A stretch of DNA of 64,000 nt from Octopus sinensis (GCF_006345805.1 NC_042999.1:113584001-113648000), one strand, 5' to 3'. Shown: positions 1-13,304, numbered from the stretch's first letter. Translations and numbers: made by a program. The notes: generated by a model from the sequence alone, not told the origin.

Positions 1-1340
1 TTCTAATTGCATATTTTTATTCTTTGTTTCTTTAATATTTTGAAGAGAAGGTGATAGAGTGACAGATTGATAAACTTATTCTCTTTAACAATGTTCCAAC
101 TCCGACAAATAATATTGTACTATTTCGCATATACGGTGAAGCCAATAATCTGTTGATGAGATCGCAATAAAACCGAAACAGCCAGTTTTGTCTCCATTAC
201 TTCTGAAAATGATAAAAAAAAAATATTAATCAATGACTTATGTTATTCTGCTTTCCTTATGACCTTATGTTCTGAGATAAAAGCTACTCAATATAAACTG
301 AACGAATATGTTTTAGTTCTCTCTTAAAATGAAATAAAATAAAGTATTTGCTACATATTTTAAACAATTCTCTGTATTGATCGAAACTAAATTTCTGTGC
401 ACCAAATAAATAGAATCTACTTTGATAGCTTTTCAATATGCTAGCAGTTGCGTAGTCGAAACTTTCACTTGGGATTCCCATTAAAGAAAACGTCAGTTTC
501 CCATACAGAATATATTAGATAAAATGTATTCATATTGTATGCGTATATTACTTCTGTATATAGGATGATTTTCTTGAAGATTTAGCTGGCTTTGTTGTTG
601 TCATCTTGTATTCTTATTAAGTTGAGGATAAAATTGTAATGTAGATAGAGATTTTCTTGAAAGTGTTACGTGGACAAATGTGATATATATTACTAATATA
701 ATCAAATCATAGTTATCAAACAATTGTATGTTGATAATGTAGTCAAGTGAACTATATTATGGTCAGACTGTGATTTATTAGTCTATAGCAGCGATATCAT
801 TATAGATGGGTGATAGCACCTCTTTAGGTGCTTTGTGAACTTACAAGGAGGTAGTATGTGTTTTTGAAGGGGGTCATGATTTTTCTTAGAAACAGAATAT
901 TTTAGCCAGATACAATACTTGTATTTTAAGCACATTAATAAAATCTGGGTTGGGATTAAAATATGAATACAACGTTCTGTTATCAGTAAGTAGAAACAAG
1001 GCTGAGTATGAGCCAATGTCCGATGTCTAATATAATTTCATTATTCAAGTTCGCATCTTTTTTAGTGATTTCCATTGCTATTGAACATAGCAGGCAATAA
1101 TGCATACAAATATCTTTTTTTAAAAAAGCAAGGAAAAAGGGGGAAAAAAGCACGTGTTGGATGGAATAATGTAAGAAAATATGAAAGATAAACAATTGCA
1201 CTAAACTTCTATTTGATTCAAATCATCTTTTCCCCCACAAAACAATAGAAGAGGCGTTTCTAAACGTTGTTTAGTGAAAGAGTGCGTTGAATTATAAAAC
1301 ACTGAAAACAGTGTTTCTAGAGATTTTGGTAATTGAATTT

Positions 1341-1512
1341 CCGTATTTTAACGTGTATAAGGAACCCTTTTTTGTCAAAAATTAGGTTTAAAAAATATGG
1401 GAGTTTCTCATACATGGATAGTTTTATGATCCCTTACAAAACCTTTTTTGCCAAATTTTAAGCCCACCACCACGACCAAATTAAGGGGTTTCTTATACAC
1501 GTTTAAATACGG
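1341..1512. mobile_element. Tc1/mariner-superfamily (Tc2/pogo-like) MITE
   Basis: ~27-bp imperfect terminal inverted repeats CCGTATTTTAACGTGTATAAGGAACCC / GGGTTTCTTATACACGTTTAAATACGG followed by TA; no coding capacity. Confidence 0.7.
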
Positions 1513-2004
1513 TATATTAATGTCGGCTTCCTGTCAATGTTTAACATGGTCGCCTTGTAGCTATGGAACTATTGTTATCAAAAATTAGTGTGGTGACGTC
1601 TCTATAGTTATAATAATGTATTACTGTGAGGTTAGTTATCAGCTACAAATATATATTTCAGCTCTAAGTTGTTGCCATTCTGCAGAATATAAATTGTGAC
1701 AAACACTTCAATACTACTCTGGAACCCGAGACGATACCACCACTATACTCAAGCACATACTTGCCTGCACAAAATAAAGACCAACCGGTTCATTAATAAA
1801 GACCCATTCAGACACATTCACCGACTCTTCTTCCGACTCTAAAATTAGTCTCCGTTCCTCTGAGCTAACAAGATACACTCCTAAACCCAATCAAGGCAAC
1901 CATTACATACTCTCTCATCAATCCTACTGGTTCCAGGCACAAACCCTACACCTTGCTTTGGGTTTATTCAAATATTATGAGTGAAATTGAATTAATAGGA
2001 AATG

Positions 2005-2220
2005 AGATCTTTACCTTTTGACCTACATGTCATTCATTGGTTGAAATTACCAAAATAGGACTACTTTGACGTGAAATTACTTCGTAAATATAAGTTTTTC
2101 CTCAAAAATGCTAAGAGTAAAAGATGTTTTACATGACACATTCTACCAGTATCCGAAGTTTGAAAGTGTTTAGTTACAAAAAATTATTTTTTAAATCTGT
2201 AGGTCAAAAGGTAAAGATCC
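2005..2220. mobile_element. MITE with 22-bp TIR and 8-bp TSD (Merlin-like)
   Basis: Perfect inverted repeat GATCTTTACCTTTTGACCTACA / TGTAGGTCAAAAGGTAAAGATC; flanked by direct repeat AGGAAATG at 1997-2004 and 2221-2228. Confidence 0.75.
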
Positions 2221-2448
2221 AGGAAATGTATTGAAATCTGTTGGATGGATTGCATACTTTCGTAGATGGTAGACCTAATCCTTTGCTTGGTTTATTTACT
2301 ATTTGTATTCTTTTATTTTTTAATGCCTTCCAATTTACGAAAGCCTGCAAGGTTTATGCTTAATCTTTTCAGTGTGGGAAAGCATCCTAAAGTTAAGGTA
2401 CCGTACTTTGAAAATATTGTTTAGCTCTAAAAACAATACAGCCGCACC

Positions 2449-2497
<49 letters not shown>

Positions 2498-2654
2498 ATG
2501 CGTGCGCGCGCGCGTCTTTGGTTTCAGTCATTAGACTGCGGTCAACAACCTGGCGCTGTACCTTACTGTCTTAATATTTCCATAAAACCATCTGGTAATC
2601 ATAAAGTTATTACACTGCCAGATTATTGATTTCATTTGATAAAAATAAGTATAA

Positions 2655-2740
2655 AGTTCTGGGGTCGATTTGCTAGACTAAATGCGGTGCTCCAGCATGG
2701 CCACAGTCAAAAGACTGAAACAAGTAAAAGAGTAAAGAGT
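2655..2740 (+). mobile_element. 3' fragment of SINE family A (CORE-like tRNA SINE)
   Basis: GCGGTGCTCCAGCATGGCCACAGTCAAAAGACTGAAACAAGTAAAAGAG matches the 3' end of full copies at 16506-16935 and 24118-24527. Confidence 0.75.
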
Positions 2741-3227
2741 AATAATCTTGCCTTTTCAAAACAAAAAAAAATCACATGTAAGTAGTATACTCGACAGTGA
2801 ATCGAAACTGAGTCGCTGATGCGGACGACAGATGCATACTTCTATACTACACACCGCTAAAACTCGAACAAAAGTTAGATCAAACTTTCTGCAATCAATA
2901 GTTAAGTTCATATGTGTGGGCGCGTACGTGTGTGTACACTAAATATGGTGGAGTGTTTGACCATTTTCTACAACCGAACCTGTTTTTTGCGAAACAAAAT
3001 CTAAACCGATATATAGAAATAAGGTTGGTGATATTTGTAACTTCGCAGAAGAACTAATTTAGAACATGCCCTCCGATTGTCTGAGTAATAAATACTAAGA
3101 ACTAAACATAGCTGTCGCCTTTTATAACGACTGTAAATCTGTCATGTCTAACACAATAGAACAAACTTGAGAATACGCATTTGTTCGTTTGCTTTCCACA
3201 AATAAAAGAATTGAATTATTCTTGCAG

Positions 3228-3296
3228 AGTCTGTGAGGCTACTACAACTAGTTTTGGTCCGTGTCCACAACAAAGAAGCTTTCATGCCTCCCGAAG
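3228..3296 (+). CDS. Isolated 69-nt exon candidate, unknown gene
   Basis: Acceptor ttattcttgcag and donor GAAG|gtatat; two open phases (SVRLLQLVLVRVHNKEAFMPPE or VCEATTTSFGPCPQQRSFHASR); no linked exon found. Confidence 0.2.
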
Positions 3297-3650
3297 GTAT
3301 ATTCCAACTGAACACAAGCTTTTACAATCTATCACTAATCTGATAATAATCTCAAGTTTATATGTTTTTCATGGAAATAGATGAGGTTACTGGAAATCTT
3401 TTTGGTGGGCAGTAGATGTAGTAGGCTAGCTCTGTTTCTTTATTGCAATATATACCAAAATGAAGCTATTGTTGTCTTAAATTCAAAACGTTATTATTTT
3501 TTTCTTTGAATATCAATGATGTAAACAAAATTCTCAAGACAGGAAAATATTTCAATGAAAATACAATGTTTAGCATATTCAGGAAGCAATACAATAAATG
3601 AACAATGTGTTATTTATTTTTTGCTTTACGCACACACATACACTAATATA

Positions 3651-3702
<52 letters not shown>

Positions 3703-4229
3703 GATATCTAATGATTTTGTGTGTGTCTGTGTTAATAAAAATATTTCTTATATTGTATGCTTATTGTTAGTTTTAAAACATGCTAATGCTCAATACGCCT
3801 TTGTATTGGAAATAATTGTGTGCATGGAATCCAGAATTGCAAAACTCAGACCTAAAAAACGGAGTGGGGGGATTCGTGCATCCAATCTCGTTTGGTAGAG
3901 AGAAAGAAATAATGGATAATAGGTAAAAGTTTTAAACGGTAACCTACATCGTAACCGGTTGAGATGGACCATGGCCATGGTGAAAAAATATTATGCATCG
4001 GGATGGTTTCCCTTCAATCTACCACGAAAGGAATTGAAGATGTGGTGCAAGGTTGAAGTGAACTGTGTTTTACTGTTAATGAGTGTAGGGTGGGACACTC
4101 GAATGATATGCAATGTTTACATAAGACAGAAGTTGCGGTTCCATTTCTGAGCGTTTGTACTTTCTCCAGGGTTGATGTGATATTTGTGTTTCTCCTTTCA
4201 TCTTTCTATATCCAAATAAATTTAAAGAG

Positions 4230-4790
4230 TGCTGAGTTGTTTTCAAAAGTTTCAGGATCTCGGGGCTGTATTCAAGAGCGAAGGGAAGCAGGAGGCTGAA
4301 ATGGATGCTAGAATCTCAGGTACTGGCACAGTAATACGCCAGTTCCAACATTCGATCCTCAGAAGAGGAGAGATTAGTAAGAAAGATGCCTATCCTATGG
4401 TCATGAATGTTGGGTATGATCGCGTATACAAGCGATAAAAACGGGGTTTTTTCGAAGGATCTCTGGAGAGAAGTTACTCGACATGGTGCCAAGCTCGGAG
4501 GTGAAGGATTCTCTCCAGGTCGAGCCACTACTTCTCTGCATTGAGAAGTTACAGCTCCAGTATTAAGGATATCATTAGAATGTCACAGGAAATAATCACA
4601 AGACAAATTCTTCAAGCCGAGTCAACCAGCAGAATACCTAGGGATAGACCAAGAACGAAATGATTGGATGATTTCCAATCAGTTGGTCATGTTTGGGACT
4701 CCAGCCAGAAAGTCTAATGACGGTTGGTTCTAATAGGAACCAATGGAGGAGATTCTACCAACACGACCTAGGAATAGGAGTTGAGAGTAG
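4230..4790 (+). mobile_element. RTE-clade LINE, degenerate 3' RT region
   Basis: Frame-broken translation DLGAVFKSEGKQEAEMDARIS...RRISGEKLLDMVPSSEVKDSLQVEPLLLCIEKLQLQY...RPRTK.LDDF...GSNRNQWRRF, typical of the RTE post-RT region. Confidence 0.8.
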
Positions 4791-5865
4791 AATTGATGGA
4801 TGTGTTTTTTTTCTAAGTTGTAATAAAGAAGCCTTTGTAATGTTGCAGATCATGTTTTTATGTTTTCTCTGCGAGTCCTGTATAACTGGACGATGTGTGT
4901 ATTAATAGGGACACCAGCACTACATATCATCCCCTTTTTTAAAGGTATTTCTCTTCAAGGAAACAGAATTCCACACTCTGACGTCAATCTTTTTATTCTT
5001 CATTCGTAATACTTTTACCTTCTGTTGCTTTTTAACATTTGAAATATTCTGAATCTAGTTTAAAAGGAAATGATTTTGTTGAACAAACGGTTGAATTCGC
5101 CGTTCGGCACATATAAATCTCAGCCAGCATTTCAATCGTCAGTCTCCAATTAAGATGATGAGCTCTGTCCATTTCCCTCCACAAACCAACAAATAAAATA
5201 ATTTCTTACTAATTTTTTCATTTTCTAACGATTCGCAACCTCCCTTTCTGTCTCTGCTTTTCAGAATCTCGTGCACACAATAGCAAACATCTTGGAAACT
5301 CTTTCACATCCTCTTTACCAAGTTTAGTTCTGCAATAAAAATAATGATCTTGTCTACTATATTGCCAATTCGTTGGTCCCTGTCCAGTTTAGTAACCTAT
5401 ATTAAATATTCTTCTTCAAAAGGTTAAAGAAAAAACGTTTTAGTAGACGAGGGTACTTTTAAGAAATGCCTATGAAAATTTTAAGAAAATGCTTTTCAAT
5501 TTTTTACGAGAGGCCAGCATAGTGGGATAGCGATAAACTATCGACAAGACAATAAATTTGTAACAAAAATACCTATTTCTACTTAATTTATATTACTAAC
5601 ATCTTTAGAAGACACAAATAAAGGCTCCAATTTTATTTTCCGATATCTAATAAATTCATTATGGATAATTAACTACATTGCCAGTAATTTCACGGGTTTG
5701 TTACTTTCCTCACAAAGTTGGTTAATTCATTTGTCATTCTTTTTATTCGCACAATAAATACGTCGCTTAACATCATTTACTTTAATTTGGAGTAAATATC
5801 TCGGTTTTTGTTTATAATGAAACTAAAATTAATAGACACAAAAATTATTGATATTAAATCTACAC

Positions 5866-6048
5866 GCAAAATGCATAGCAGCATTTCACCTTTCTTTATG
5901 GTCTGAGTTCAAATCCTGGAACAGTCGATTTTGCCTTTCATCCTCTCGAAGTCGATAAAATAAGTACCAGGTGAGCAGTGGAGTCAATGTAATCGACTAA
6001 CCCCCTCCCCCAAATTGCTGGCCTTGCGCCAACATTTGAAGCCAATAT
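5866..6048 (+). mobile_element. SINE family B copy (ATT-tailed tRNA-like SINE)
   Basis: GAGTTCAAAT B-box-like motif, GATAAAATAAGTACCAG and GATGTAATCGACT core shared with copies at 10886, 35477 and 44826. Confidence 0.75.
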
Positions 6049-6117
6049 TAAATCCACACAATATGTATATGAATAACAAACCAAAGTTACTTTTAACAAT
6101 GGAATCACACACACACA

Positions 6118-6157
<40 letters not shown>

Positions 6158-6860
6158 AGTTAGAAGACAACACTATTTTAAATCAGGGGAAGAAAGATAC
6201 TTTTTAAAAAGACAATAACAAATGAGTAATGCCTCTTAAATAATTCAGCATTTCACCATTTTGATTATTATTGACAATGCGCTGAGTTCACACTGCGTGA
6301 TCTTAATATTTCTGTTTTTTTTTTTTTTTTGTGATGAGGAATAGCAGCTGCGACGATGTAACTGGTTGATTATTAATTTGCATTTTTCATCCCCTTTTTC
6401 AAAACTGATCGTTCATTTTACAGGATTTCTAAAAATTAGCTGGCTGCAGGACGGAATTCTTCGTCTTTAAATTTCTTTTTCATTGTAACCGAAATACGAA
6501 TAAAAACTTTAGATGACGTTTAACGATATATTTACCCTGATGATAAAAAGTATGACGAAGAATTTACTGACAATGTATTGGCTCAAATGTAATTAACTTG
6601 CGATGAAGTTACCAGAAAATGAAATTATACGGGATGCATTTACTGCGATGTAATTACCTGCGATGATTTAATAGCAACATTCGCTTTCCTTTAAAATTTA
6701 TTGAACAAAACTGCTACGGAAATTTAATTAACTCTGAGTATCAGGTGCTAGTATAGAATGAAATCTACCCCTTTTGTCAAACAGTATAACCAGGGTTATC
6801 TACCTTAAAAACTACTCGTTATCACCTCACCTTTCCACTTGCGGTTTATCTTACATTGAA

Positions 6861-6930
6861 ATGTTGCTGACAGATTTTTATACACGTGTCATCCTGACAG
6901 AGGAAACAGCAGTCACGTTTTTAAAAGATG
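6861..6930 (+). pseudogene. Possible Merlin/IS1595-like transposase N-terminal stub, truncated by the LINE
   Basis: MLLTDFYTRVILTEETAVTFLKD resembles Merlin transposase N-termini; upstream ATCTACCCCTTTTGTC loosely resembles the MITE TIR at 2005. Confidence 0.3.
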
Positions 6931-9900
6931 CACAACAAGAAGTATGTTGGCATGAGGAAAACGGTACAAACTGCCGGTTTGTTCACCCGAGACCCCGCCA
7001 AAACTACAGGGGCCTTAAGGAGAAATACTTCCCTAAGGAAAGGCACCAATCGCCTCCAAAAGAAAAATATGCAAAAGCAGTGCGCTCTTCAGATGGCAGC
7101 AGCTGAGCAAGAGTCTTTTTTGTGCATGGAACAAAAGATTGTGCAGTAGCTGATCTGGCTACATCAAGCGCAAACAAGGAACCTTGCCTACCACTGCGCA
7201 AGACCACCACAATCAACAGACACAGGATGACCTCCCCTAACGCCTGCACTGTCGTCACGCCAATATGTTTACTAAATATTGGTGGTGGGTGCTGTTACAT
7301 CATAACAGCAAAAGCAAATTTTTTTCCTGAAAGACCTTGCTGCATGCAGTCAAGCCTTGTGCATAGCACTCGTGGAAATTTATCTGAGCCCTGATATAGA
7401 GGATGCACGTACCAAAAATATACCATACTGTGAACAGACAGAAGGGAAAGTAGCCATGGTGGAGTCGCTGTGTACATCCGTGATGACCTCACACCCCAGG
7501 TCTTACTGTCATACTCAAATTCAGTATGTGACACTCTAATTGTATACATAAGACAACACATAGGCAAGTTTGAAGATTGCCTCACAAAAATTAAAGAAAT
7601 CCTCATAAAACTGGAACACCACGTGAGCGTATTTCTTATGGGTGATTTCAACTTCCCCAATGTCAAATGGCCCGAAGGTCTAATGCTCTCAGGAATGACT
7701 CATTGCAAACAAGCACAGGTGGAGTCACTGCTCAACCTAAGCAATGCCCTATTCATGGCACAAGTTGTATTCAGACCAATTAGGGCTAATATCATCTTGG
7801 ATCTCTGCTTCACAAACAATATGGACATCATTCATGATGTGAAAGTGACGCCGACATTAGTCTTGGATCAGAACATAATAAAGCTGTCTGTGTATGGCCC
7901 AAAAGTAGCCAGAGACATACAGCCTAAAGGAAGCACCCAAAATCTCTCCAATCTGAACTTCCACAAAGCAGACTGGAAATCGACCCAAAAAGAGATCCTC
8001 AGACAGGACTGGCCGAAATGTCTCTCCACACCAGACATTGGCATGAAACTAGAATATTTCATGTCTGTAATGCAAACCATATGCCAGAAATATGTCCCAG
8101 AGCACAAGGCCAAGGCAAAAAAGAACAAGATTCCAAGGGAGAGGAAGACCCTAATGAGACGACAGACGAAGGTTGCAAATCACCTCAACATTCCAAAACT
8201 AGCGAGAGGTCCTGCCTAAAAACAACATTGATGGAGTTTCAAAAAAGGCTGCAACAATTCTATGTGAAGAAGAGAGCAGACAAAGAAGCATTAAGTCAAA
8301 CCCAAAGGCCTTCTTTCATTATGCGAAAGGAACAGCCTCAGTACGCAGCAAGATAGGACCCCTCTTCCAAAAGGATGGCTCCCTCACAGACAGTCCAACC
8401 AAGATCAGTGAGGTACTGAATTACTAGTTCAAAAGTGTCTTTGCCATCCCGTTGGAACACAGACAAGTGAACGAGCCAGTGGATTTCTTTGCCGCCTCAC
8501 CTATAACCAGCGAGGCAGTTACGATGGATTACATCGACATTAGCGAAGATATACTACTAGCCATAAATGAGGTGGACGCAAACTCAATTGCTGATCCTGA
8601 TGGTTTCTCAGCAATCCTCCTCAAATCGTGTAAGCGTACCCTGGCAAAACCTCTACAGATTCTCTTTCAGAACTTTCTTACAAATGGCAGGCTGCCAAGC
8701 AAGCTGAAGGAGGGAATAATATTCCCAATCCATAAATGGGGAAGCAGAGCAGATACCGAAAACTATAGGCCTATCTCTCTGACTTCACACATCAGCAAAG
8801 TCATGAAATGGATAGTCAGCGGGAAACTAGTCGCATTCCTTGAAGAAAATAACCTGCTGAATGATACCCCAGCATGGCTTTCGACCAGGTAGGAGCTGCC
8901 TGACCCAGCTCTTACAGCACTACGACTGGATGTTGAGGCAGTTACTCAACAACTCAAATGTGAACGTAATATACCCTGATTTTGAAAAAGCTTTTGATAA
9001 AGTGGATCATGGTATGATATGCCACAAACTGCGTCATCTCGGCATACCTGGAAAACTTACATGACTTTCTGAAAGATAGAAGTCAGGCAGTAGTGGCCAA
9101 TAGAGCCACCTCAATGAAAACACAAATAGTAAGCGGTGTTCCACAAGGCACTGTCTTGGGACCTCTGCTTTTCATAGTGGCCCTCTTAGATATGCCCTCA
9201 ACTGCCCGGATAGCCATCCTTGCTAGCTACGCAGACGACACGAAAGTCTCGCAGAAAATACAGCACCCCAGCGATGTTGCACACATGTAGCAGGAGTTGG
9301 ACTCAATTTACAGATGGGCTGAGGATAATAATATGCAGTTTAATGCTGAAAAATTCCAAGCCCTGCGCTACCAACGTCCAAAACTGAATATAAAACCTAC
9401 AAGGTACACTGTCCACAGAGGATTACAATCCCAGAGCCTAAATCAGTGAGGGACCTGGGTATTGTCATGAGTGATGAAATCTCTTTCCAAGAGCACATTA
9501 CCAGGACGGCGACAAAGTGCAGACGACTAGCTGGATGGATCCTGAGAACGTTCAGAACCAGAGAAAAGGAAACCATGATGGTCTTCTAGAGGACACTCGT
9601 CCTAAGCCGCCTGGATTACTGCTCCCAGCTATGGTCACCCACCAGTGTAAAATTAACCGCGGACCTTGAAGCAATCCAGCGAAACTTCACAAAGAAGATC
9701 GTCTCACTGCAACAGATCAGCTACTGGAAAAGCTAAACAGCTAAAACTCTACTCCCTGGAGCGAAGTCGGGAGAGGTATCCAGTAATATACATCTGGAAG
9801 ATCCTGGAAGGAATTGTGCCAAATTTTGGTATTGAAAGCTACACCAATGCCAGAACGGGTCGACACTGCATGGTGCCAAAGATCCCAGCAATACCATCGC

Positions 9901-10190
9901 GCTTCAGGACTAGTTACTGCAATAACCTGGGTTTCAGGAGCCCATAGCTTTTTAATGTTCTCCCAAAGTGAATGTAGGTGTTTTCAATTCAAAACTGGAC
10001 CTCTTCCCGTCGAGAGTCCTAGATGAACGTACCTCACGGCAAGAAGTGCAAATGAGAGTAGTGACATCAAACTCCATTCTTCACCAAGTCCCACATATTA
10101 GAGAAGGCTCTCGGTAATAACAGTGTAGCAAAACGGCGGTGCCCCAGCATGGCCACAGCTCTGAGGTGAAAGTAGAAAAAGAAAAGAAAT
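6930..10190 (+). mobile_element. CR1/L2-group non-LTR retrotransposon (ORF1 end, APE endonuclease, RT), disrupted
   Basis: CCCH-like CWHEENGTNCRFVHP; APE motifs GGVAVYIRDD and FLMGDFNFPNVKW; RT motifs ENYRPISLTSHISK, QHGFRPGRSCLTQLL, DFEKAFDKVDHG, SGVPQGTVLGPLLF, YADDTK; many stops and frameshifts; purine-rich 3' tail at 10170-10190. Confidence 0.92.
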
Positions 10191-10239
10191 ATATATTATA
10201 TATATTTTATATATAATATGTATCTAAAATATATATTAT

Positions 10240-10607
10240 CAAAGAGTTAAGGAATGCAGTAGATAAAATCCGGACTGCATATGTTTCACATCGAGCGAAA
10301 CCTCGGAAGTTGTAAATATCCAAGTGAGGTTTCTACCGCAGGCTACTCTTCAGGTCAAGGGTATCTTGATTATATAAAGTTTACTTTGTCGCTAGGAGGC
10401 CCATGTTTACACATGGATTCTGATCGAATCCTTCATGTGTTAACATGGGCCTCGTAACGACAATGTAGACTTAATATAATCAAGATACCCTTGACCTGAA
10501 GAGTAACCTGCGGTGTACACCTCGCTTGGATATTTACCACTTCCGAGATTCCGCTCGATGTGAAACATGTTGCCCGGATTTTAACTACTCCAGTCCTTAA
10601 CTCTTGG
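10240..10607. repeat. ~365-bp imperfect palindrome (foldback MITE)
   Basis: Left arm AAGAGTTAAGGA...GGCCCATGTTTACACATG mirrors right arm CATGTGTTAACATGGGCC...TCCTTAACTCTT, with only a few nt of central loop (GATTC TGATC GAATC). Confidence 0.85.
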
Positions 10608-10885
10608 ATTTTTATTCGCATACCAAGCAAGCCTGGTTGCCAACCTTGAAATATAAAATAATTTTTTTCAGCTTATAGTATTTTGATACGGGGAAAATTT
10701 AAAACCTTACGCAGCAATAAACCGTTGTTTTTTGAAATATTATCTACGGATTGCTTGAAGCTCAGTTTCTTTCTATACCTCGATCATTGGATCTTACATT
10801 TATATATACATATGTCTCCCTACAAAAAGAGTATTTTGCTTTGATCCCATTTACTAAATTATTACTTTATTTTTATTTACTTCAA

Positions 10886-11100
10886 GGTGGCAAGCTTGCA
10901 AAATCATTAGCACGTCGGGCAAAATGCTTCTCGGAATCTCTTCTGTCTCTACGTTCTGAGTTCAAATTCCGCCGAGATAGACTTTTTTTCGGGATCGATA
11001 AAGTAATTACCTGTTGAGCACTGGAGTCGATGTAATCGACTTAACCCCTCCCGCGAAATTATTGACCTTGTGCCAAAATTTGAAACCATTATTATTATTT
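10886..11100 (+). mobile_element. SINE family B, near full length
   Basis: AGGTGGCAAGCTTGCAAAATCATTAGCACG...GTTCAAATTCCGCCGAG...GATGTAATCGACT...GAAACC(ATT)n. Confidence 0.8.
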
Positions 11101-11769
11101 TTTTTAAATTTATTTTAGTCTATTTATTTGAAGATTATATCGAACCTAGCACTTCATTAGTACCTATATAATCGATCTCGGAAAGACGATAGATGAAGTT
11201 TCCCGCAGCATTATTTGAACTTGGAAGTGGAAATACGAAATAAAGTAATGTAGTCTTTCGAGTTTGAGAATATACCATTCCCGTCATTCCATTACCAATA
11301 AATATGAAATAATGGTTTGTGAGTACGGCCAACTTCCAGCAATACTGAGGGAATGGGATTAGTCGATATCATCAATCACAGTTCTTGACCAGTACTTTAT
11401 TTTAACGACCCTGGAAAGATGAAAGGCAAAGATAACCTTAGCGGGATTTGAACTTCAAATATAGAGTCGGAAGAAATACGGCAAAGCAATTTTCCAACAC
11501 CCTTAAAGATTCTGCCTGCTCGCTACTATCCTTAATTTTGGCAAAAGGCCAAATTTTCAAGCCATTTGACTACAGTCGATACCTTAGAACCCTGCACTTT
11601 ATTTTATTGATCCCGAAAGGGTAACCGGCGATGATGATAAACAAGAAGATGAAGTAAAAAGAAGAGAAATTAAATTTAGGAAGCTTACATGACAATGTTG
11701 GGGAGAAGGCGAAGGAGGAAGAGAAAATAGCTGGAAAGGATTATAGTGAGTAACAAAATATTCATTTAG

Positions 11770-12186
11770 ATGTGTGTGTGTGGGTGTGTGTGTGTGTGGG
11801 TGGGTGGTGTGTGTGTATGTGTGTGTGTGTGTCTAAGTTTGTGTGCACGCGCGTCTATAAATATGTGTGTGCGTGTATACACACACACAGACACACACAC
11901 ACACACACAGACACACACACACACATACCTACATCAGAAATCGTCGGCGATTTGTTTTGGTTGGTTGGTTCGCTTGCTGGCTGATTGGTAGGTTTGTTGG
12001 TCTCCCTTTCTACATACATACATATATATATATATATATTATATATACATACATACATACATGCAAATATACATGCATGCATACATGCATCCTCATACGG
12101 GCTCTCTCTCTCTCTCTCTCACCCACACACACGTTCATGTGTGCATGCATGCATACATACATACATTACATTACATTTACATACAT

Positions 12187-12231
<45 letters not shown>

Positions 12232-12240
12232 CATACATAT

Positions 12241-12285
<45 letters not shown>

Positions 12286-12290
12286 TATAA
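11770..12290. repeat. Compound (TG)/(CA)/(TA)/(TACA) microsatellite
   Basis: Directly visible dinucleotide and tetranucleotide runs. Confidence 0.95.
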
Positions 12291-12545
12291 TTATTTAAAA
12301 TGCTCCACTTGCTACATCAAGATCCAAGAACAAACAAAACTAAAGGACAGACGACTCTAATAAGTATCTAATAACATTTATCAATACCAAAAAGAAGAGA
12401 AGAATAAAAGTGACCATCTTGTTGACCAATTATCGATGCGAAGTTGTTTGTATTAAAATCGTCATCCTCATTATTTTTGCGATATACATTGCAGAGATAT
12501 TACATACAATCTTGACAACTTGATACCTTAAAATCGGTAAGATTG

Positions 12546-12625
<80 letters not shown>

Positions 12626-12790
12626 CCTATCTATCTACCTATCTATCTACCTATCTACCTACCTACCTACCTATCTATCTATCTCTCTATCTATCTACCC
12701 ATCTATTTAACTACCTACCTAGTCATTTATTTAACTACCTACCTACCCATCTATTTAACTACTACCTACCTATCTATTTAACTACCTACA

Positions 12791-12839
<49 letters not shown>

Positions 12840-12940
12840 CTATCTATCTATCTACCTATCTATCTACTTGTCTAATTACCTACCTATATACATATCAATC
12901 TATTTATCTACCTAACTACTTACCTATCTATCTATCTGAT
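12546..12940. repeat. (CTAT)n/(CTAC)n tetranucleotide array
   Basis: Directly visible, with degenerate CTATTTAACTAC variants in the middle. Confidence 0.95.
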
Positions 12941-13304
12941 TTTGCTCCTATTCTTAGCATTTTGTCTTTGTTAGATTTCTGTTTGGTGAAATGAAATGTG
13001 CACACACAGACACATGCATACATATATCATATACATATATATACACACACATACATGCAAACAGACATGTATATACACATATTCATATACTTGTCGGTAC
13101 ATACATACGTACATCAAACACACATATGCATACATACAAATTTATGTATGCATTTATATATGTATGTACCAATGTAAGTACCCACATGTATATATATATA
13201 TATATAAAATGAGCAAGATATACCCAGCTCTTAACAGAAGAATGGAACGTAGATGTACTTGCATATATATATATATTATAATATAATATATATATGTACA
13301 TATA

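Noticed and set aside
284-1201. Minus-strand ORF fragments (e.g. MGIPSESFDY..., MEITKKDANLNNEIILDIGHWL...) that look like a decayed protein
   Set aside because: No recognisable motif, frequent stops and no consistent splice structure; cannot be assigned to any family.
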